Shown here piece after piece: positions 8,720 to 19,192 of a DNA stretch of 39,562 nt. The position numbers and the translations under genes were made by a program. Under the pieces are notes generated by a model that made no database searches, was not told where the DNA came from, and was given only the letters and a program-made list of their open reading frames with translations. Numbering within the stretch: the first letter of the stretch is position 1; every line of letters starts with the position of its first letter. Source of the stretch: Draconibacterium orientale (GTDB taxonomy: Bacteria; Bacteroidota; Bacteroidia; Bacteroidales; UBA12170); the NCBI GenBank assembly GCA_020718315.1, contig DYSK01000002.1, positions 1-39,562 on the forward strand, read 5' to 3'.

Positions 8720-9715
8720 TTAGAATTTTCTAATACCAATAATTTCGCGAACGTCTTTGATGGTTTTAGCGGCGCTTTCACGGGCTCTTTCGGCCCCGTT
8801 TCGCGTTACTTTGCTCAGATAATCGGTATCTTTATAGATGTCTAAGATGCGCTCTCGAATGGGTTCTGTAAAAAGAATTACATCTTCGGCGAGTTGTTTT
8901 TTTAAGTCGCCATACCGAATTTCGCAGCTATTCCACAATCCATCAAAATGCAAAACGGTATCGGATGTTGAAACAACCGCCATCAAATCGAAAAGATTTT
9001 GAATTACAGCCGGTTTTTCTTGGTTTGGCATGGTTGGTCCGCTATCGGTAACGGCTTTCATAATTTTTTTCCGAATCGACTTTGGGTCTTCAACCAAGAA
9101 AACAGCATTTCCTTCGCCTTCCGATTTTCCCATTTTTCCACTTCCGTCTAATCCGGGAATTTTCACCAAAGACTCGCCAAAATTATACGCCTGAGGAATT
9201 GGAAAATAGTCGGTTTTATACATTCTGTTGAATCGGCGGGCAAAAGTGCGCATCATTTCCAAGTTCTGCTCCTGATCTTTTCCGACCGGAACTTTCGCCG
9301 CTTTGTGAATAATCACATCGGCTGCCATAAGCGTTGGATAAGTCAGGAGTCCGGCGTTCACGTTTTCGGGTTGTTGGCGCACTTTGTCTTTGAACGAGGT
9401 AACTCTTTCCAATTCGCCCAGATAGGCATTCATATTTAGCAATAAATAGAGTTCAACGACTTCAGGAACATCGCTTTGCACATAAACACACGCTTTTTCG
9501 GGATTGATGCCGCAAGCCAAATATTCGGCTAAAACAGAACGAACATTGTCGTGGAGATTTACGGGTGTTGGATGGGTAGTGAGGGAATGATAATCGGCAA
9601 TAAAGAAGAATGCATTGCTGTTTTCCTGCATTTTTACAAAATTCTTTACAGCGCCAAAATAGTTGCCCAAGTGTAAATTTCCGGTTGGGCGAATGCCACT
9701 AACGACTGTTTCCAT
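8720..9715 (-). CDS. trpS: Tryptophan--tRNA ligase
   Basis: SGIRPTGNLHLGNY, YPTLMAAD, VPVGKDQ, KMGKS. Start moved to ATG 9715 because the track's TTG at 9739 lies inside a TAAATTTG -7 box (9737..9744). Confidence 0.96.
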   Translation of the reverse strand: METVVSGIRPTGNLHLGNYFGAVKNFVKMQENSNAFFFIADYHSLTTHPTPVNLHDNVRSVLAEYLACGINPEKACVYVQSDVPEVVELYLLLNMNAYLGELERVTSFKDKVRQQPENVNAGLLTYPTLMAADVIIHKAAKVPVGKDQEQNLEMMRTFARRFNRMYKTDYFPIPQAYNFGESLVKIPGLDGSGKMGKSEGEGNAVFLVEDPKSIRKKIMKAVTDSGPTMPNQEKPAVIQNLFDLMAVVSTSDTVLHFDGLWNSCEIRYGDLKKQLAEDVILFTEPIRERILDIYKDTDYLSKVTRNGAERARESAAKTIKDVREIIGIRKF

Positions 9716-9852
9716 ATTTGAATGCTGATTTGTTGGCAAATTTACATAATCTTACCCGAAACGCATCTATTTTTTTGGTTTACCACAGCAATGGCTGCTT
9801 TACAAACGAGGCAATCATTTGTTTTTCGATTCCAAAAAGCGTTTTTTGTTTC

Positions 9853-11217
9853 TTATTGAATTGAATGAAGAAAATCGGCGATGGCAAGCTCCTTTTGTTC
9901 GCCGCTTTCCATGTTTTTGACGGTGAGAACTGATTTTTTCAATTCTTCTTCCCCAACAATCACCACAAAAGGAATTTTTTTATCATCGGCATATTTCATT
10001 TGTTTCTTCATTTTTGCGGCTTCCGGATAAATTTCGGCATTCACGCCCAATTTTCGTATCTGAGCCAAAATGGGCAAACAAAAAGCTTCTTCGGCTTTGC
10101 CAAAATTCACAAAAAACACTTTGGTATTTTCGGTTTGTTGCTTTGGGTATGCATTTAACTCGTTCAAAACATCAAAAATGCGATCGGCGCCAAAGGAAAT
10201 TCCAACGCCCGAAACATCTTTCAAGCCAAATATCCCGGTCAAATCGTCGTAACGGCCGCCGCCACAAACACTGCCAATCTGAACATCTTTTGCTTTCACT
10301 TCGAAAATTGTTCCGGTATAGTAATTCAATCCACGTGCAAGCGTTAAATCCAGCTCAACTTCATTTTTCAGCTCGAAGAGGCGCAAATATTGGATAATCT
10401 CCAGCATTTCGTCAACGCCTTTCAATCCAATTTCCGAAGAGGCCAATACGTTTTTCAATGAGGCTAACTTTTCTGCTGTATTTCCGCTCAACAAAAGAAT
10501 GGGCTGAAGTTGATCAATCGCTTTTTTTGGCAAGCCTTTTTCGAGCAGTTCTTTGTTTACATTTTCCAAACCAATTTTGTCGAGTTTGTCGATAGCTACT
10601 GTAATATCAATGATTTTATCGGCCTGACCAATTATTTCGGCTATTCCGGAAAGTATTTTTCTATTGTTCAGTTTTACCACAATTTGGACATCAAAATCAG
10701 AGAAAATGGCATCGATCAACTGAACCAACTCTACTTCGTTTAGCAAGGCATTGTTGCCAATTACATCGGCATCGCATTGAAAAAATTCGCGATAACGACC
10801 TTTTTGAGGTCTGTCGGCGCGCCAAACGGGCTGAATCTGATAGCGTTTAAACGGGAAATTGATTTCGTTTTGATGTTGTACAACAAATCGAGCAAAAGGA
10901 ACGGTTAAATCGTAGCGTAGTCCTTTCTCGCTGATAGAAGTGGTGAATTTGGGACTGTTTTTTTCGTTCAATTCGGCATCCGAAACTTTGCTAAGGAAAT
11001 CGCCAGAATTCAGGATTTTGAAGAGCAATTTATCGCCTTCTTCGCCATATTTTCCCATCAGCGTAGAAAGATTTTCCATCGCCGGAGTTTCGATAGGCTG
11101 ATATCCAAATCGAATAAAATGCTTTTTAATCGTTCCGAAAATATAATTTCTTTTCAGCATCTCAGCGGGAGAAAAATCGCGTGTTCCTTTGGGAATGGAA
11201 GGTTTTTGAACGGCCAT
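9853..11217 (-). CDS. hisS: Histidine--tRNA ligase
   Basis: [51 protein letters not shown]; TATCTTTG -7 box at 11240..11247. Confidence 0.97.
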   Translation of the reverse strand: MAVQKPSIPKGTRDFSPAEMLKRNYIFGTIKKHFIRFGYQPIETPAMENLSTLMGKYGEEGDKLLFKILNSGDFLSKVSDAELNEKNSPKFTTSISEKGLRYDLTVPFARFVVQHQNEINFPFKRYQIQPVWRADRPQKGRYREFFQCDADVIGNNALLNEVELVQLIDAIFSDFDVQIVVKLNNRKILSGIAEIIGQADKIIDITVAIDKLDKIGLENVNKELLEKGLPKKAIDQLQPILLLSGNTAEKLASLKNVLASSEIGLKGVDEMLEIIQYLRLFELKNEVELDLTLARGLNYYTGTIFEVKAKDVQIGSVCGGGRYDDLTGIFGLKDVSGVGISFGADRIFDVLNELNAYPKQQTENTKVFFVNFGKAEEAFCLPILAQIRKLGVNAEIYPEAAKMKKQMKYADDKKIPFVVIVGEEELKKSVLTVKNMESGEQKELAIADFLHSIQ

Positions 11218-11273
11218 TGTTTATTGATTTTAACGACCACAAAGATAAAAAGAATATGATAGAAGCCGGTGCG

Positions 11274-12068
11274 CTATTTTTCGATCAAAAAACGGTCCCA
11301 ATCCAAGCCAACAGTAAATTTATTTCGAAAGTCGACGAGTTCTTTTTTGGAAAGTAAAAGGGTTTCGGTAAATTCGGTATTCGAATTTTGCTGTATCATT
11401 TTTTGTCCTTTGGCATCGTAAATATTGGAATCGCCCACATGAGGAAATCCGTTTCCATCTCTTCCAATTCGGTTTACTCCAATTGTATAAGATTGATTTT
11501 CGAGTGCTCTTGCTTTTAACAAACTCATCCATGTATCGCGACGAGCAGCAGGCCAGTTGGCTACATAAATGAGCAAATCGTATTCGTATTCACCATTCGA
11601 AAAAGTATTTTTTGACCAAACGGGAAAACGTAAATCATAACAAATCAGTGGTTTTATTTTCCATCCATTCAGCTCAACAACAATGGATTCGGATCCGCCC
11701 GTAAATTTGAGATTTTCGTTGCCCAGGCTAAACAAATGTCGTTTGTCGTATTGTTGGAAACTTCCATCTGGCCGAATCCAGAGTAGGCGGTTGTAATAAT
11801 TTCCGTTTTCGAGAATAATCAAGCTCGTGCAAATTACGGCATTTGTTTGTTGGGCTTTTTCGCGAAGCCACTGCATACTTTCGCCTTCCATGGCTTCGGC
11901 CATGTCTTCGGGCTCGATAACAAAACCGGTGTTGAACATTTCGGGAAGTACAATTAGATCTACTTTCTCTTCAATCTGTTCAATATCGTAGCTGAAGCTG
12001 GCTAAATTGGCCGTTTTGTCTTTCCAAACCAAATCGGACTGCACGATGCTAACTTTTAAATCTTGCAT
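11274..12068 (-). CDS. Nitrilase-family amidohydrolase (YafV/Nit2 omega-amidase-like)
   Basis: Catalytic E-K-C triad motifs LPEMF, YDKRHLF, ICYDLRFP, plus ARALENQ. Likely start is ATG 12068 (MQDLKVSIVQ). Confidence 0.9.
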   Translation of the reverse strand: MQDLKVSIVQSDLVWKDKTANLASFSYDIEQIEEKVDLIVLPEMFNTGFVIEPEDMAEAMEGESMQWLREKAQQTNAVICTSLIILENGNYYNRLLWIRPDGSFQQYDKRHLFSLGNENLKFTGGSESIVVELNGWKIKPLICYDLRFPVWSKNTFSNGEYEYDLLIYVANWPAARRDTWMSLLKARALENQSYTIGVNRIGRDGNGFPHVGDSNIYDAKGQKMIQQNSNTEFTETLLLSKKELVDFRNKFTVGLDWDRFLIEK

Positions 12069-13213
12069 AAAATAGTGGCTGCTTTTTCGAGTGTTTTTTC
12101 GCCTTTGGCAAAACAAAAACGTAGAATTTTATTGTCTTCTTTTTTCTGATAAAAGGCTGAAACGGGAACGCTGGCTATTCCAAATTCGGTTATAAGTCTT
12201 TTAGCAAAATCCATTTCTTTTTCGTCAGAAATGGCCGAATAGTCGAGTAGTTGAAAATAGGTTCCAAAAGTGGGGATTATTTTAAATCGCGCTTTTTTCA
12301 GACGATCGGTAAAGAAATCGCGCTTTTGCTGATAAAACGCTCCCAAATGAAGGTAGTTTTCCTCGTCGGCCAAAAAGTCGGCCAAAGCGTGTTGAATCGG
12401 CGTGTTTACGGAAAACACATTGAACTGATGCGCTTTTCTGAATTCGCTCATTAGATTCTCCGGGCCCAATACAAAACCTATTTTCCATCCGGTGGCATGA
12501 AAAGTTTTTCCAAAACTGCCAACAACCAAGCTCCTTTCGGCCAATTCGGGATAGGCACAAACGCTTTGATGTTTAATGCCTTCAAAAATGATGTGTTCGT
12601 ACACTTCGTCACTCAGAATGATAATATCTGTTTTCTTTGTAATCTTGTGCAATTCTTTCATGTCGTTTTGGCTCAATACACTGCCTGTTGGGTTATGCGG
12701 TGTATTGATAATGATCATTCGCGTTCGATTTGTAACCATTTTAGCTACTTCTTGCCAATCGATATGATAATCGGGCAATCTAAGTTGGGCATATTTTACA
12801 ACTCCACCATTCAAACGAACAGCCGGGCTATACGAATCGTAGGCGGGTTCAAAAATGATTACTTCGTCTTCTTCGCGGACAAAAGCACTTATGGCCGTAA
12901 AAAGCGCCTGAGTGCCGCCGGCAGTAATCGTTACTTCGCTTTCCGCGTTGTAGTCTATTGCGTAAGTTTTCGACGCCTTGGCAACAATTTGTTCGCGCAA
13001 AGCCGGAATCCCGGTCATGGGAGCATATTGATTGAATCCTGCCGTCATTTTTTTATGAATAGCAGAGATTAATTTTTCCGAGACGGGGAAATCGGGAAAT
13101 CCTTGCGACAGATTAAGTGCTTTGTGTTTAACGGCTATGCCCGACATTACTGCAAAAATGGAGGTTTCCACTCCGGGTAATTTAGAAATAATATTTCCTT
13201 TAAATTTTATCAT
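12056..13213 (-). CDS. ybdL: PLP-dependent methionine aminotransferase (YbdL-like, class I/II)
   Basis: SKLPGVETSIFAVMS, NLSQGFPDF, NTPHNPTG, DEVYEH, SFGKTFHATGWKIG, LRFCFAK. Confidence 0.88.
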   Translation of the reverse strand: MIKFKGNIISKLPGVETSIFAVMSGIAVKHKALNLSQGFPDFPVSEKLISAIHKKMTAGFNQYAPMTGIPALREQIVAKASKTYAIDYNAESEVTITAGGTQALFTAISAFVREEDEVIIFEPAYDSYSPAVRLNGGVVKYAQLRLPDYHIDWQEVAKMVTNRTRMIIINTPHNPTGSVLSQNDMKELHKITKKTDIIILSDEVYEHIIFEGIKHQSVCAYPELAERSLVVGSFGKTFHATGWKIGFVLGPENLMSEFRKAHQFNVFSVNTPIQHALADFLADEENYLHLGAFYQQKRDFFTDRLKKARFKIIPTFGTYFQLLDYSAISDEKEMDFAKRLITEFGIASVPVSAFYQKKEDNKILRFCFAKGEKTLEKAATILCKI

Positions 13214-13409
13214 CAGATTTTTTCTTTCTAATCATTCATCTTTTTTAATCGCCTTAAAAAGAGCGCGAAGGCTTTTTGTTTGATCCCTTTGTGTAGATAC
13301 GGAAAAGGGAATTTTTGGTCTTAAAAAACCATTCAAAAATACACAAAACAAATAAAACTTCAAGCAAGTAAATCAAAAAGAACTTACATTTGAAAAAAAT
13401 ATTTATTGG

Positions 13410-14084
13410 ATGTCGAAACTTTTTTTGGTACCTACTCCCATAGGAAATCTGGAAGATATCACCCTCAGGGCAATACGTGTTCTGAAAGAAGTTGATGTGC
13501 TGCTGGCCGAAGATACACGAACAAGCGGCCAATTGCTCAAACACTTAGGCATCGAAAAACGAATGATGTCTTATCATATTCACAACGAACACAAAACAAT
13601 TGTTCATCTGGTTGAGCGGATTTTAAGAGGAGAAACAATGGCTTTGATAAGCGATGCCGGAACGCCTGCAATTTCCGATCCCGGCTTTTTGTTGGTTCGT
13701 GAATGTTTAAAAAACAACATTGAGGTTGACTGTTTGCCGGGAGCAACTGCTTTTGTTCCTGCGCTGGTAAATTCTGGTTTGCCAAATGATCGTTTTCATT
13801 TTGAAGGATTTTTACCTCATAAGAAAGGACGTCAAACGCGATTAAAAGAATTGGCCGAGAAGCCATTTACCATGATTTTTTACGAATCGCCTCATCGGCT
13901 GATCAAAAGTTTGGCGCAATTTGCGGAATTTTTTGGTGGCGAACGACAAGCCAGTGTTTCGAGGGAGTTGAGCAAAATGTACGAAGAAACCGTAAGAGGA
14001 AGTTTGACGGAGCTGTATCAGCATTTTGAAAAACAAGGCGTAAGAGGCGAAATTGTGGTGGTGATTGCCGGAAAACCCATTTAA
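13410..14084 (+). CDS. rsmI: 16S rRNA (cytidine1402-2'-O)-methyltransferase
   Basis: VPTPIGNLEDIT, AEDTR, SDAGTPAISDPG, YESPHR, RELSKMYE; TACATTTG -7 box at 13385..13392. Confidence 0.97.
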   Translation: MSKLFLVPTPIGNLEDITLRAIRVLKEVDVLLAEDTRTSGQLLKHLGIEKRMMSYHIHNEHKTIVHLVERILRGETMALISDAGTPAISDPGFLLVRECLKNNIEVDCLPGATAFVPALVNSGLPNDRFHFEGFLPHKKGRQTRLKELAEKPFTMIFYESPHRLIKSLAQFAEFFGGERQASVSRELSKMYEETVRGSLTELYQHFEKQGVRGEIVVVIAGKPI

Positions 14085-15016
14085 TTTTTCGACAACTCAA
14101 AAAGCGTAATTTCAGGCAAACAGTTGTAGCGCAATGCAACGCCCGAAACACCACAGCCTGTGGAAGTATAGCCGCGCATTTGGCCTAAATTCCAAAACCC
14201 ACTAATGTATTTATTTCCCTCTGTTTGGTGCGATATCAACGCTTTTCCCCCCGGAAGACAAATTTGTCCACCGTGTGTGTGGCCACACAAATAAAGGGCA
14301 TATTCGTTTTCGGCGGCTATGTCGGCCAATTCGGAAGTATGTACCAAAGCAATTTTGAACGCTTTTTCGGGTGTGAACGCCAAAAGGCTGGCATCGGTAT
14401 AATACGAGAAAGGATCGTCAGCGCCGCTGACAATCAGTTTATCATCGCCTCTTTTTAGTTCCACGGTTTCATTTATCAATAGTCGGATTCCGCTTTCATT
14501 TTCGAAATTCGCCATCAAATACGTGTCGTGATTTCCCAGAACGGCCAAAGGCCCAAATTCTGCTTGAATATGATGGGCGATTTTCTTTATCGGTTTCAAT
14601 ATATGCGTAAACACTCCTGCACTAGATTGCCGATAATCGCCCGTTAGAACGCAAAGATCAAAATCGACTTCTCTTATTCGTTCGATGATAGTATCTTCCA
14701 ATCCGGCTACACTATCAATATGTAGATCGGATAAATGAAGAATCCGAAAGCCATCAAATTGGGCGGGAAGGTTGGGAAAAGAAAGGCGGTGTTTTTGAAT
14801 GCGAATTTTAAACACATTGGCCAATCCGGCTTGATACAAACCAAAAAGTTTCATAAAAAAGACAAAAACCCCAAGTGCTTTGGTAAATAAATTCCAATTG
14901 CTTTTGCTTTTTTGTCCGTGTCTTTTATGCTTATAGTTATCCGTTTCCAGCACCGATCGGGTTACAGCCCAAATGAGGCGTTTGTTTTTTTCTTCTTCGC
15001 TCAGCGGATAGCTCAT
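14081..15016 (-). CDS. Calcineurin-like metallophosphoesterase (YkuE-like)
   Basis: SDLH, TGD, GNHD, LVH and GHTHGGQ motifs. Likely start is ATG 15016 (MSYPLSEEEK). Confidence 0.88.
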   Translation of the reverse strand: MSYPLSEEEKNKRLIWAVTRSVLETDNYKHKRHGQKSKSNWNLFTKALGVFVFFMKLFGLYQAGLANVFKIRIQKHRLSFPNLPAQFDGFRILHLSDLHIDSVAGLEDTIIERIREVDFDLCVLTGDYRQSSAGVFTHILKPIKKIAHHIQAEFGPLAVLGNHDTYLMANFENESGIRLLINETVELKRGDDKLIVSGADDPFSYYTDASLLAFTPEKAFKIALVHTSELADIAAENEYALYLCGHTHGGQICLPGGKALISHQTEGNKYISGFWNLGQMRGYTSTGCGVSGVALRYNCLPEITLFELSKN

Positions 15017-15026
15017 GATATAAATG

Positions 15027-15872
15027 TTATTTTGGAACCAAGAAATCACCAATTTTTTCCCAAAATCCCTCTTCCAAATGACAATTAGAATGTCCTCGAC
15101 CAGGGATTTCCCATAGTATCGCTTTGGGTTGTGCTTTTTTTAATTTGTGAGCCTGTTCCAGCGGAACAATTTTATCGTCGACACCTTGAATGAGTAAAAA
15201 ATCAGCATTCGACTTAGCGATATTATTCACTGGAGCAATGGCGTCAAAGTCGAGCTTTGTGCGCCATTTTACAAATTTGAAGAACAGCCAAATAAATGGA
15301 AAATAAGGAATATGACGATCGCTGATTTGCTTGCGCATCACTTCGAGCGGATGCGAAAAAGCCCCCACGGTGACTACTTTTCGAATACGCTCATCGCGAC
15401 TAGCAGCTAAAATAGAAGATGCGCCGCCAATTGATAAGCCGATGAGCGAAATTTCCTTGTTATGATGGTATTCATCCTTGTTTATAAAATCAATGGCCGA
15501 ATCAATGTCTTCGGCAAATTTAACAACAGTCATGTGGTTTTCTTGGTGACTGTTTCCGTGTCCACGGGCATCAAAAGCAAACAGATTGAATCCGCGGCAG
15601 CAAAGCTTTCTTAAATAAGGAGCCATGCGTTCTACGTTTCGTCCCCAGCCATGAACAAGAATCAAGGTGGGGAAATCCGGATTTACATTCACTTTCCAAG
15701 CATAAAGTTCCTTTCCTTTTATGGAGGGAAAGCGAACTTCTTTAATTTCTTTGCCAATATCTTTTGGAATCGTATTGTGCGGATTTACAGGATTTTTAAA
15801 TCCTCTTACAATTAGAAAGAGCAGGAGTGCAGAAACGGCAATAACAAAAAATAAAATATAGTAAAACAGCAT
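15027..15872 (-). CDS. Membrane-anchored alpha/beta hydrolase
   Basis: N-terminal TM, HGWG oxyanion motif, DARGHGNS, nucleophile GLSIGG, Asp in GVDDKIVP, His in GRGHS. Confidence 0.9.
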   Translation of the reverse strand: MLFYYILFFVIAVSALLLFLIVRGFKNPVNPHNTIPKDIGKEIKEVRFPSIKGKELYAWKVNVNPDFPTLILVHGWGRNVERMAPYLRKLCCRGFNLFAFDARGHGNSHQENHMTVVKFAEDIDSAIDFINKDEYHHNKEISLIGLSIGGASSILAASRDERIRKVVTVGAFSHPLEVMRKQISDRHIPYFPFIWLFFKFVKWRTKLDFDAIAPVNNIAKSNADFLLIQGVDDKIVPLEQAHKLKKAQPKAILWEIPGRGHSNCHLEEGFWEKIGDFLVPK

Positions 15873-15933
15873 TGGACAATGATTTATTGAACAAATCTAC
15901 AAAATTCGGCTAAGCAAAAATAGAAAGAAGAAC

Positions 15934-16665
15934 TTAAACGCTTTGCAATTCAGTTCTGTGGTTTACGCGAACAATTTCGTTGTTTAGATAATCATTTGCA
16001 ATTTCGCCATCGATTAAGCGCACAATTCGGTGGCAATGTTTGGCAATAGTTTCTTCGTGTGTGACAATGATTACGGTATTTCCTGCAGCATGAATTTCTT
16101 CAAAAAGACCCATAATTTCAATGGATGTTTTGGAATCGAGGTTTCCTGTTGGCTCGTCGGCCAAGATTATAGAAGGATTGTTTACCAAAGCTCTTGCAAC
16201 TGCTACACGCTGACGTTGGCCGCCCGAAAGTTCGTTTGGGCGGTGATCCATTCTGTCCGATAGATGAACATTGGTGAGTGTTTTGGTGGCTTTTTCGATT
16301 CTGTCTTTTTTGGAATATCCGGCATAAATCAATGGTAGCATCACGTTTTCCAGTGCTGTTGAACGAGGCAGTAAGTTGAAGGTTTGAAAAACAAAACCAA
16401 TTTCACGGTTTCGGATTTCGGCCAGTTCGTTGTCTTTCATCTTGCTCACATCGTGGCCGGCAAGAAAATATTCCCCTCGCGTTGGTGTGTCGAGACATCC
16501 TAAAATATTCATCAAAGTAGATTTTCCGGAGCCCGAAGGTCCCATTAAGGCTACATATTCATTTTTATAAATATCGATACTAATGCTTTTGATGGCTACC
16601 ACCAACTGTGTTCCTACCTGATAATGTTTTGCAATATCTTTGATAGCGATAACTTTTTCGCGCAT
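15934..16665 (-). CDS. ABC transporter ATP-binding protein (LolD/MacB/FtsE-like)
   Basis: [44 protein letters not shown]. Confidence 0.95.
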   Translation of the reverse strand: MREKVIAIKDIAKHYQVGTQLVVAIKSISIDIYKNEYVALMGPSGSGKSTLMNILGCLDTPTRGEYFLAGHDVSKMKDNELAEIRNREIGFVFQTFNLLPRSTALENVMLPLIYAGYSKKDRIEKATKTLTNVHLSDRMDHRPNELSGGQRQRVAVARALVNNPSIILADEPTGNLDSKTSIEIMGLFEEIHAAGNTVIIVTHEETIAKHCHRIVRLIDGEIANDYLNNEIVRVNHRTELQSV

Positions 16666-16725
16666 AATTATGGTTTTGTATTGGTTTCAAAATTAGACAT
16701 AATTCTTCAAACGATTTGAACATTT

Positions 16726-17304
16726 CTAAAATCGCAAATGGAAATTCTGCTTGGAAGATTCCGTTCTGAAAAAGAGCAAGCCTATAAAATATAGGTCGAG
16801 GCTTAATTGGATGGGATTTTCTTCAATGAGCGTTTTCCATTGGTCGATTGTGAGCTTTGACGCATGAATATGAGGAATGATTACAACGCTATTGCTGGAA
16901 ATGTACGACGATAGAACGCGAAAGAGTTCTTTGTGGCTGGATAAAAGAGAGTTAGATAAAACAATTAAATCGAAATTTTCTTTATTTTGAGGCAATTTCT
17001 GAAGTTCAGAGGCAATAAAAACAGTCGTTTTTTTTGAAAAAAATTTCTGGAAATACATTTCTTTTCTATTTTCGTCTTGTATTAGCAGAATCTTATTTGG
17101 ATCTAAATAGGCGAGGATTGATTGGATAATTTGGTTTTGCTTCTGACTAAAAACTGTTGGCTCACTAAAGAAATTCGATTGCTTTTTGGAGAACGATTTG
17201 ACCGAAGTATAAAAATTATACACAAAAGGAGAGTGGATTCCATGCGCATTTTTTGATTGAAGATAAAATCGAATCTGCTCTGAAAAAGAAAACCAAGAGT
17301 TCAT
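16726..17304 (-). CDS. Hypothetical protein related to Bacteroidota class I SAM-methyltransferase-like family, apparently degenerate
   Basis: N-terminal HGIHSPFVY and C-terminal SLDLYFIGLLFFR...KQNFHLRF recall this family; no glycine-rich motif I is visible. Confidence 0.6.
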   Translation of the reverse strand: MNSWFSFSEQIRFYLQSKNAHGIHSPFVYNFYTSVKSFSKKQSNFFSEPTVFSQKQNQIIQSILAYLDPNKILLIQDENRKEMYFQKFFSKKTTVFIASELQKLPQNKENFDLIVLSNSLLSSHKELFRVLSSYISSNSVVIIPHIHASKLTIDQWKTLIEENPIQLSLDLYFIGLLFFRTESSKQNFHLRF

Positions 17305-17434
17305 TTTAGGTTGTTTGAATGCAATTTTATGTTCTGAAAAAGAGCCGAAAAGGGCTGTTTCATTTTCAAATAGAACGAAGCTAAAAGCAGCCGGTCGAAT
17401 GCATTATATTAATACATCAATTTAGAGAGAAAGC

Positions 17435-18241
17435 TTAGGCGTGAATTTCGACAAACTTACGTTCGAGAAAATGAATGAGTTTTTGATACGCTTCGGCCTC
17501 TATATTCCAATCGTAACGATATTTGAGCGTGCTCACATATTGCATGGCCTCTTCGAATCGTTTAAAATTATTCAGCGTGTAAATCACATCTTCGTAGGCT
17601 TGCGAATTGCCTTTGAAAAGTTCGTTGATAAAATAAAACTTATCGTTGATGCCAATAGCGGATTTCAGATTTTCAATCCGTGTATTGTTCAATTTAGTCA
17701 CCACACTTTTATCTTCGGCTTTTTTAGCAGCCGAATCGTTTATTGAAAAAATATCGTCTTCAAATTGAAAAAGCAAACTCGTTTTTTGGTTTGAGCTCTT
17801 CTTGGGGCTGGAGTTTTCGATCCTGTCTTTTTTCGATTCAAGGGGTTTTTCAAATTCAATTTCGGTCTCGGCTTCACGTTTGGCAGTTTCTTCCAACGAA
17901 TTTATTTCTTTCAAAAAGTCATTCGTAATACGTTCATAGCTCAATGTGTCTTCCTTAAGTTGCTGATCTACAATATCGATATTTTCCTCCGGCAGCGTTT
18001 CAACAGCCAAAAATTCGGACGACACTATTTTTTCGATGATTTCTTTCGGAACCTCTTCAGGAATCCCTTGTGACATTCTGTTTAAATAACTCATGTCTTC
18101 ATAAAGTTTTCGCATGGTCGACATTAGAATATCAATTTCAATCTGCGGTACGCGTATTTCATGTTTTTTTATGGTTTCAAATTGTTCATTGACCTCATTT
18201 AAAACCTGTTCCATTTCTTCTAAAACAACATTTAATTTCAT
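17435..18241 (-). CDS. Conserved hypothetical protein (helical N-terminus, acidic linker, conserved C-terminal domain)
   Basis: C-terminal LKSAIGINDKFYFINELFKGN...YDW...ERKF motif recognised from Bacteroidota hypotheticals; TATTTTTG -7 box (minus) at 18332..18339. Confidence 0.8.
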   Translation of the reverse strand: MKLNVVLEEMEQVLNEVNEQFETIKKHEIRVPQIEIDILMSTMRKLYEDMSYLNRMSQGIPEEVPKEIIEKIVSSEFLAVETLPEENIDIVDQQLKEDTLSYERITNDFLKEINSLEETAKREAETEIEFEKPLESKKDRIENSSPKKSSNQKTSLLFQFEDDIFSINDSAAKKAEDKSVVTKLNNTRIENLKSAIGINDKFYFINELFKGNSQAYEDVIYTLNNFKRFEEAMQYVSTLKYRYDWNIEAEAYQKLIHFLERKFVEIHA

Positions 18242-18415
18242 CGTTCAGCCTGAATAATATTTCTACTTTATTTGTTTTGCTTTTGTTGGGATTCTTTCCG
18301 AACTTCTTTACTTTTGCTCATTACGGAAGGCCAAAAATAACACTTTAAATATAGAAAGAAAAGGAGCCTCGTTTTATTGTGTAAAGTAATTTTGTTAATG
18401 CTTATTTGTTAATAA

Positions 18416-19000
18416 ATGTTTTTAGAGATAACCAATAATCACAAAGTCCGAAGAGGCTGGATAGAAGTAATTTGCGGCTCCATGTTTTCCGGAAAAACGG
18501 AGGAATTGATCCGTCGCCTCACGCGAGCAAAGATTGCAAAACAAAAAGTAGAGATTTTTAAACCTGCCATTGATACTCGTTACGACGATGTTGAAGTCGT
18601 TTCGCACAACGCCAATAGCATTACAAGTACACCGGTAGAAAGTGCTGAGCAAATTCTGTTGTATGTAAACGATGTTTCGGTTGTTGGAATTGATGAGGCT
18701 CAGTTTTTCGACAATCAGCTAGTTTCGGTATGCAATCAGCTCGCCGATAGAGGAATACGCGTTATTGTAGCCGGTTTGGATATGGATTTCAAAGGAGTTC
18801 CATTTGGCCCAATTCCCAATTTGTTGGCCACAGCCGAATATGTAACAAAAGTGCATGCCATCTGTATTCATTGTGGAAATCTAGCCCAATACAGTCATCG
18901 TACAATCCAAAAAGAAGACTTGGTGGTGCTGGGCGAAACCGATAGTTATGAGCCGCTTTGCAGAACCTGCTACAACGAAAAAAGAAAACCTTCCTTATAA
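18416..19000 (+). CDS. tdk: Thymidine kinase (TK1-like)
   Basis: [28 protein letters not shown], zinc site CIHC...YEPLCRTC. Confidence 0.97.
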   Translation: MFLEITNNHKVRRGWIEVICGSMFSGKTEELIRRLTRAKIAKQKVEIFKPAIDTRYDDVEVVSHNANSITSTPVESAEQILLYVNDVSVVGIDEAQFFDNQLVSVCNQLADRGIRVIVAGLDMDFKGVPFGPIPNLLATAEYVTKVHAICIHCGNLAQYSHRTIQKEDLVVLGETDSYEPLCRTCYNEKRKPSL

Positions 19001-19050
19001 ATACGAATGAACAAATTTATCGGGTTCAAAGCAATGAGCAATGTTTGCTT

Positions 19051-19167
19051 TTCGACTCAAAGGCTATTAAAGTTCGAATTATTTTAATTATTATTCGAAA
19101 AATTAAGTGCTATTTTCGAAAATAACGTTAAAAAATTTTGTAAGCAGCTAAAAAAACCCCAATTTCG
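19051..19167 (+). promoter_or_regulatory. Phased TTCGAA operator-like array and degenerate promoter upstream of fabH
   Basis: TTCGAC at 19051 and TTCGAA at 19073, 19094 and 19115 (spacings 22, 21, 21); TTTG at 19137..19140 and a degenerate -7 box CAATTTCG at 19160..19167. Confidence 0.5.
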
Positions 19168-19192
19168 CCGCCTCAAAAACGTAAAAATTATC

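Noticed and set aside
19051-19124. CRISPR-like periodicity
   Set aside because: The repeat unit is only 6 bp with 15-16 bp spacers and there are no cas genes; treated as an operator array instead.
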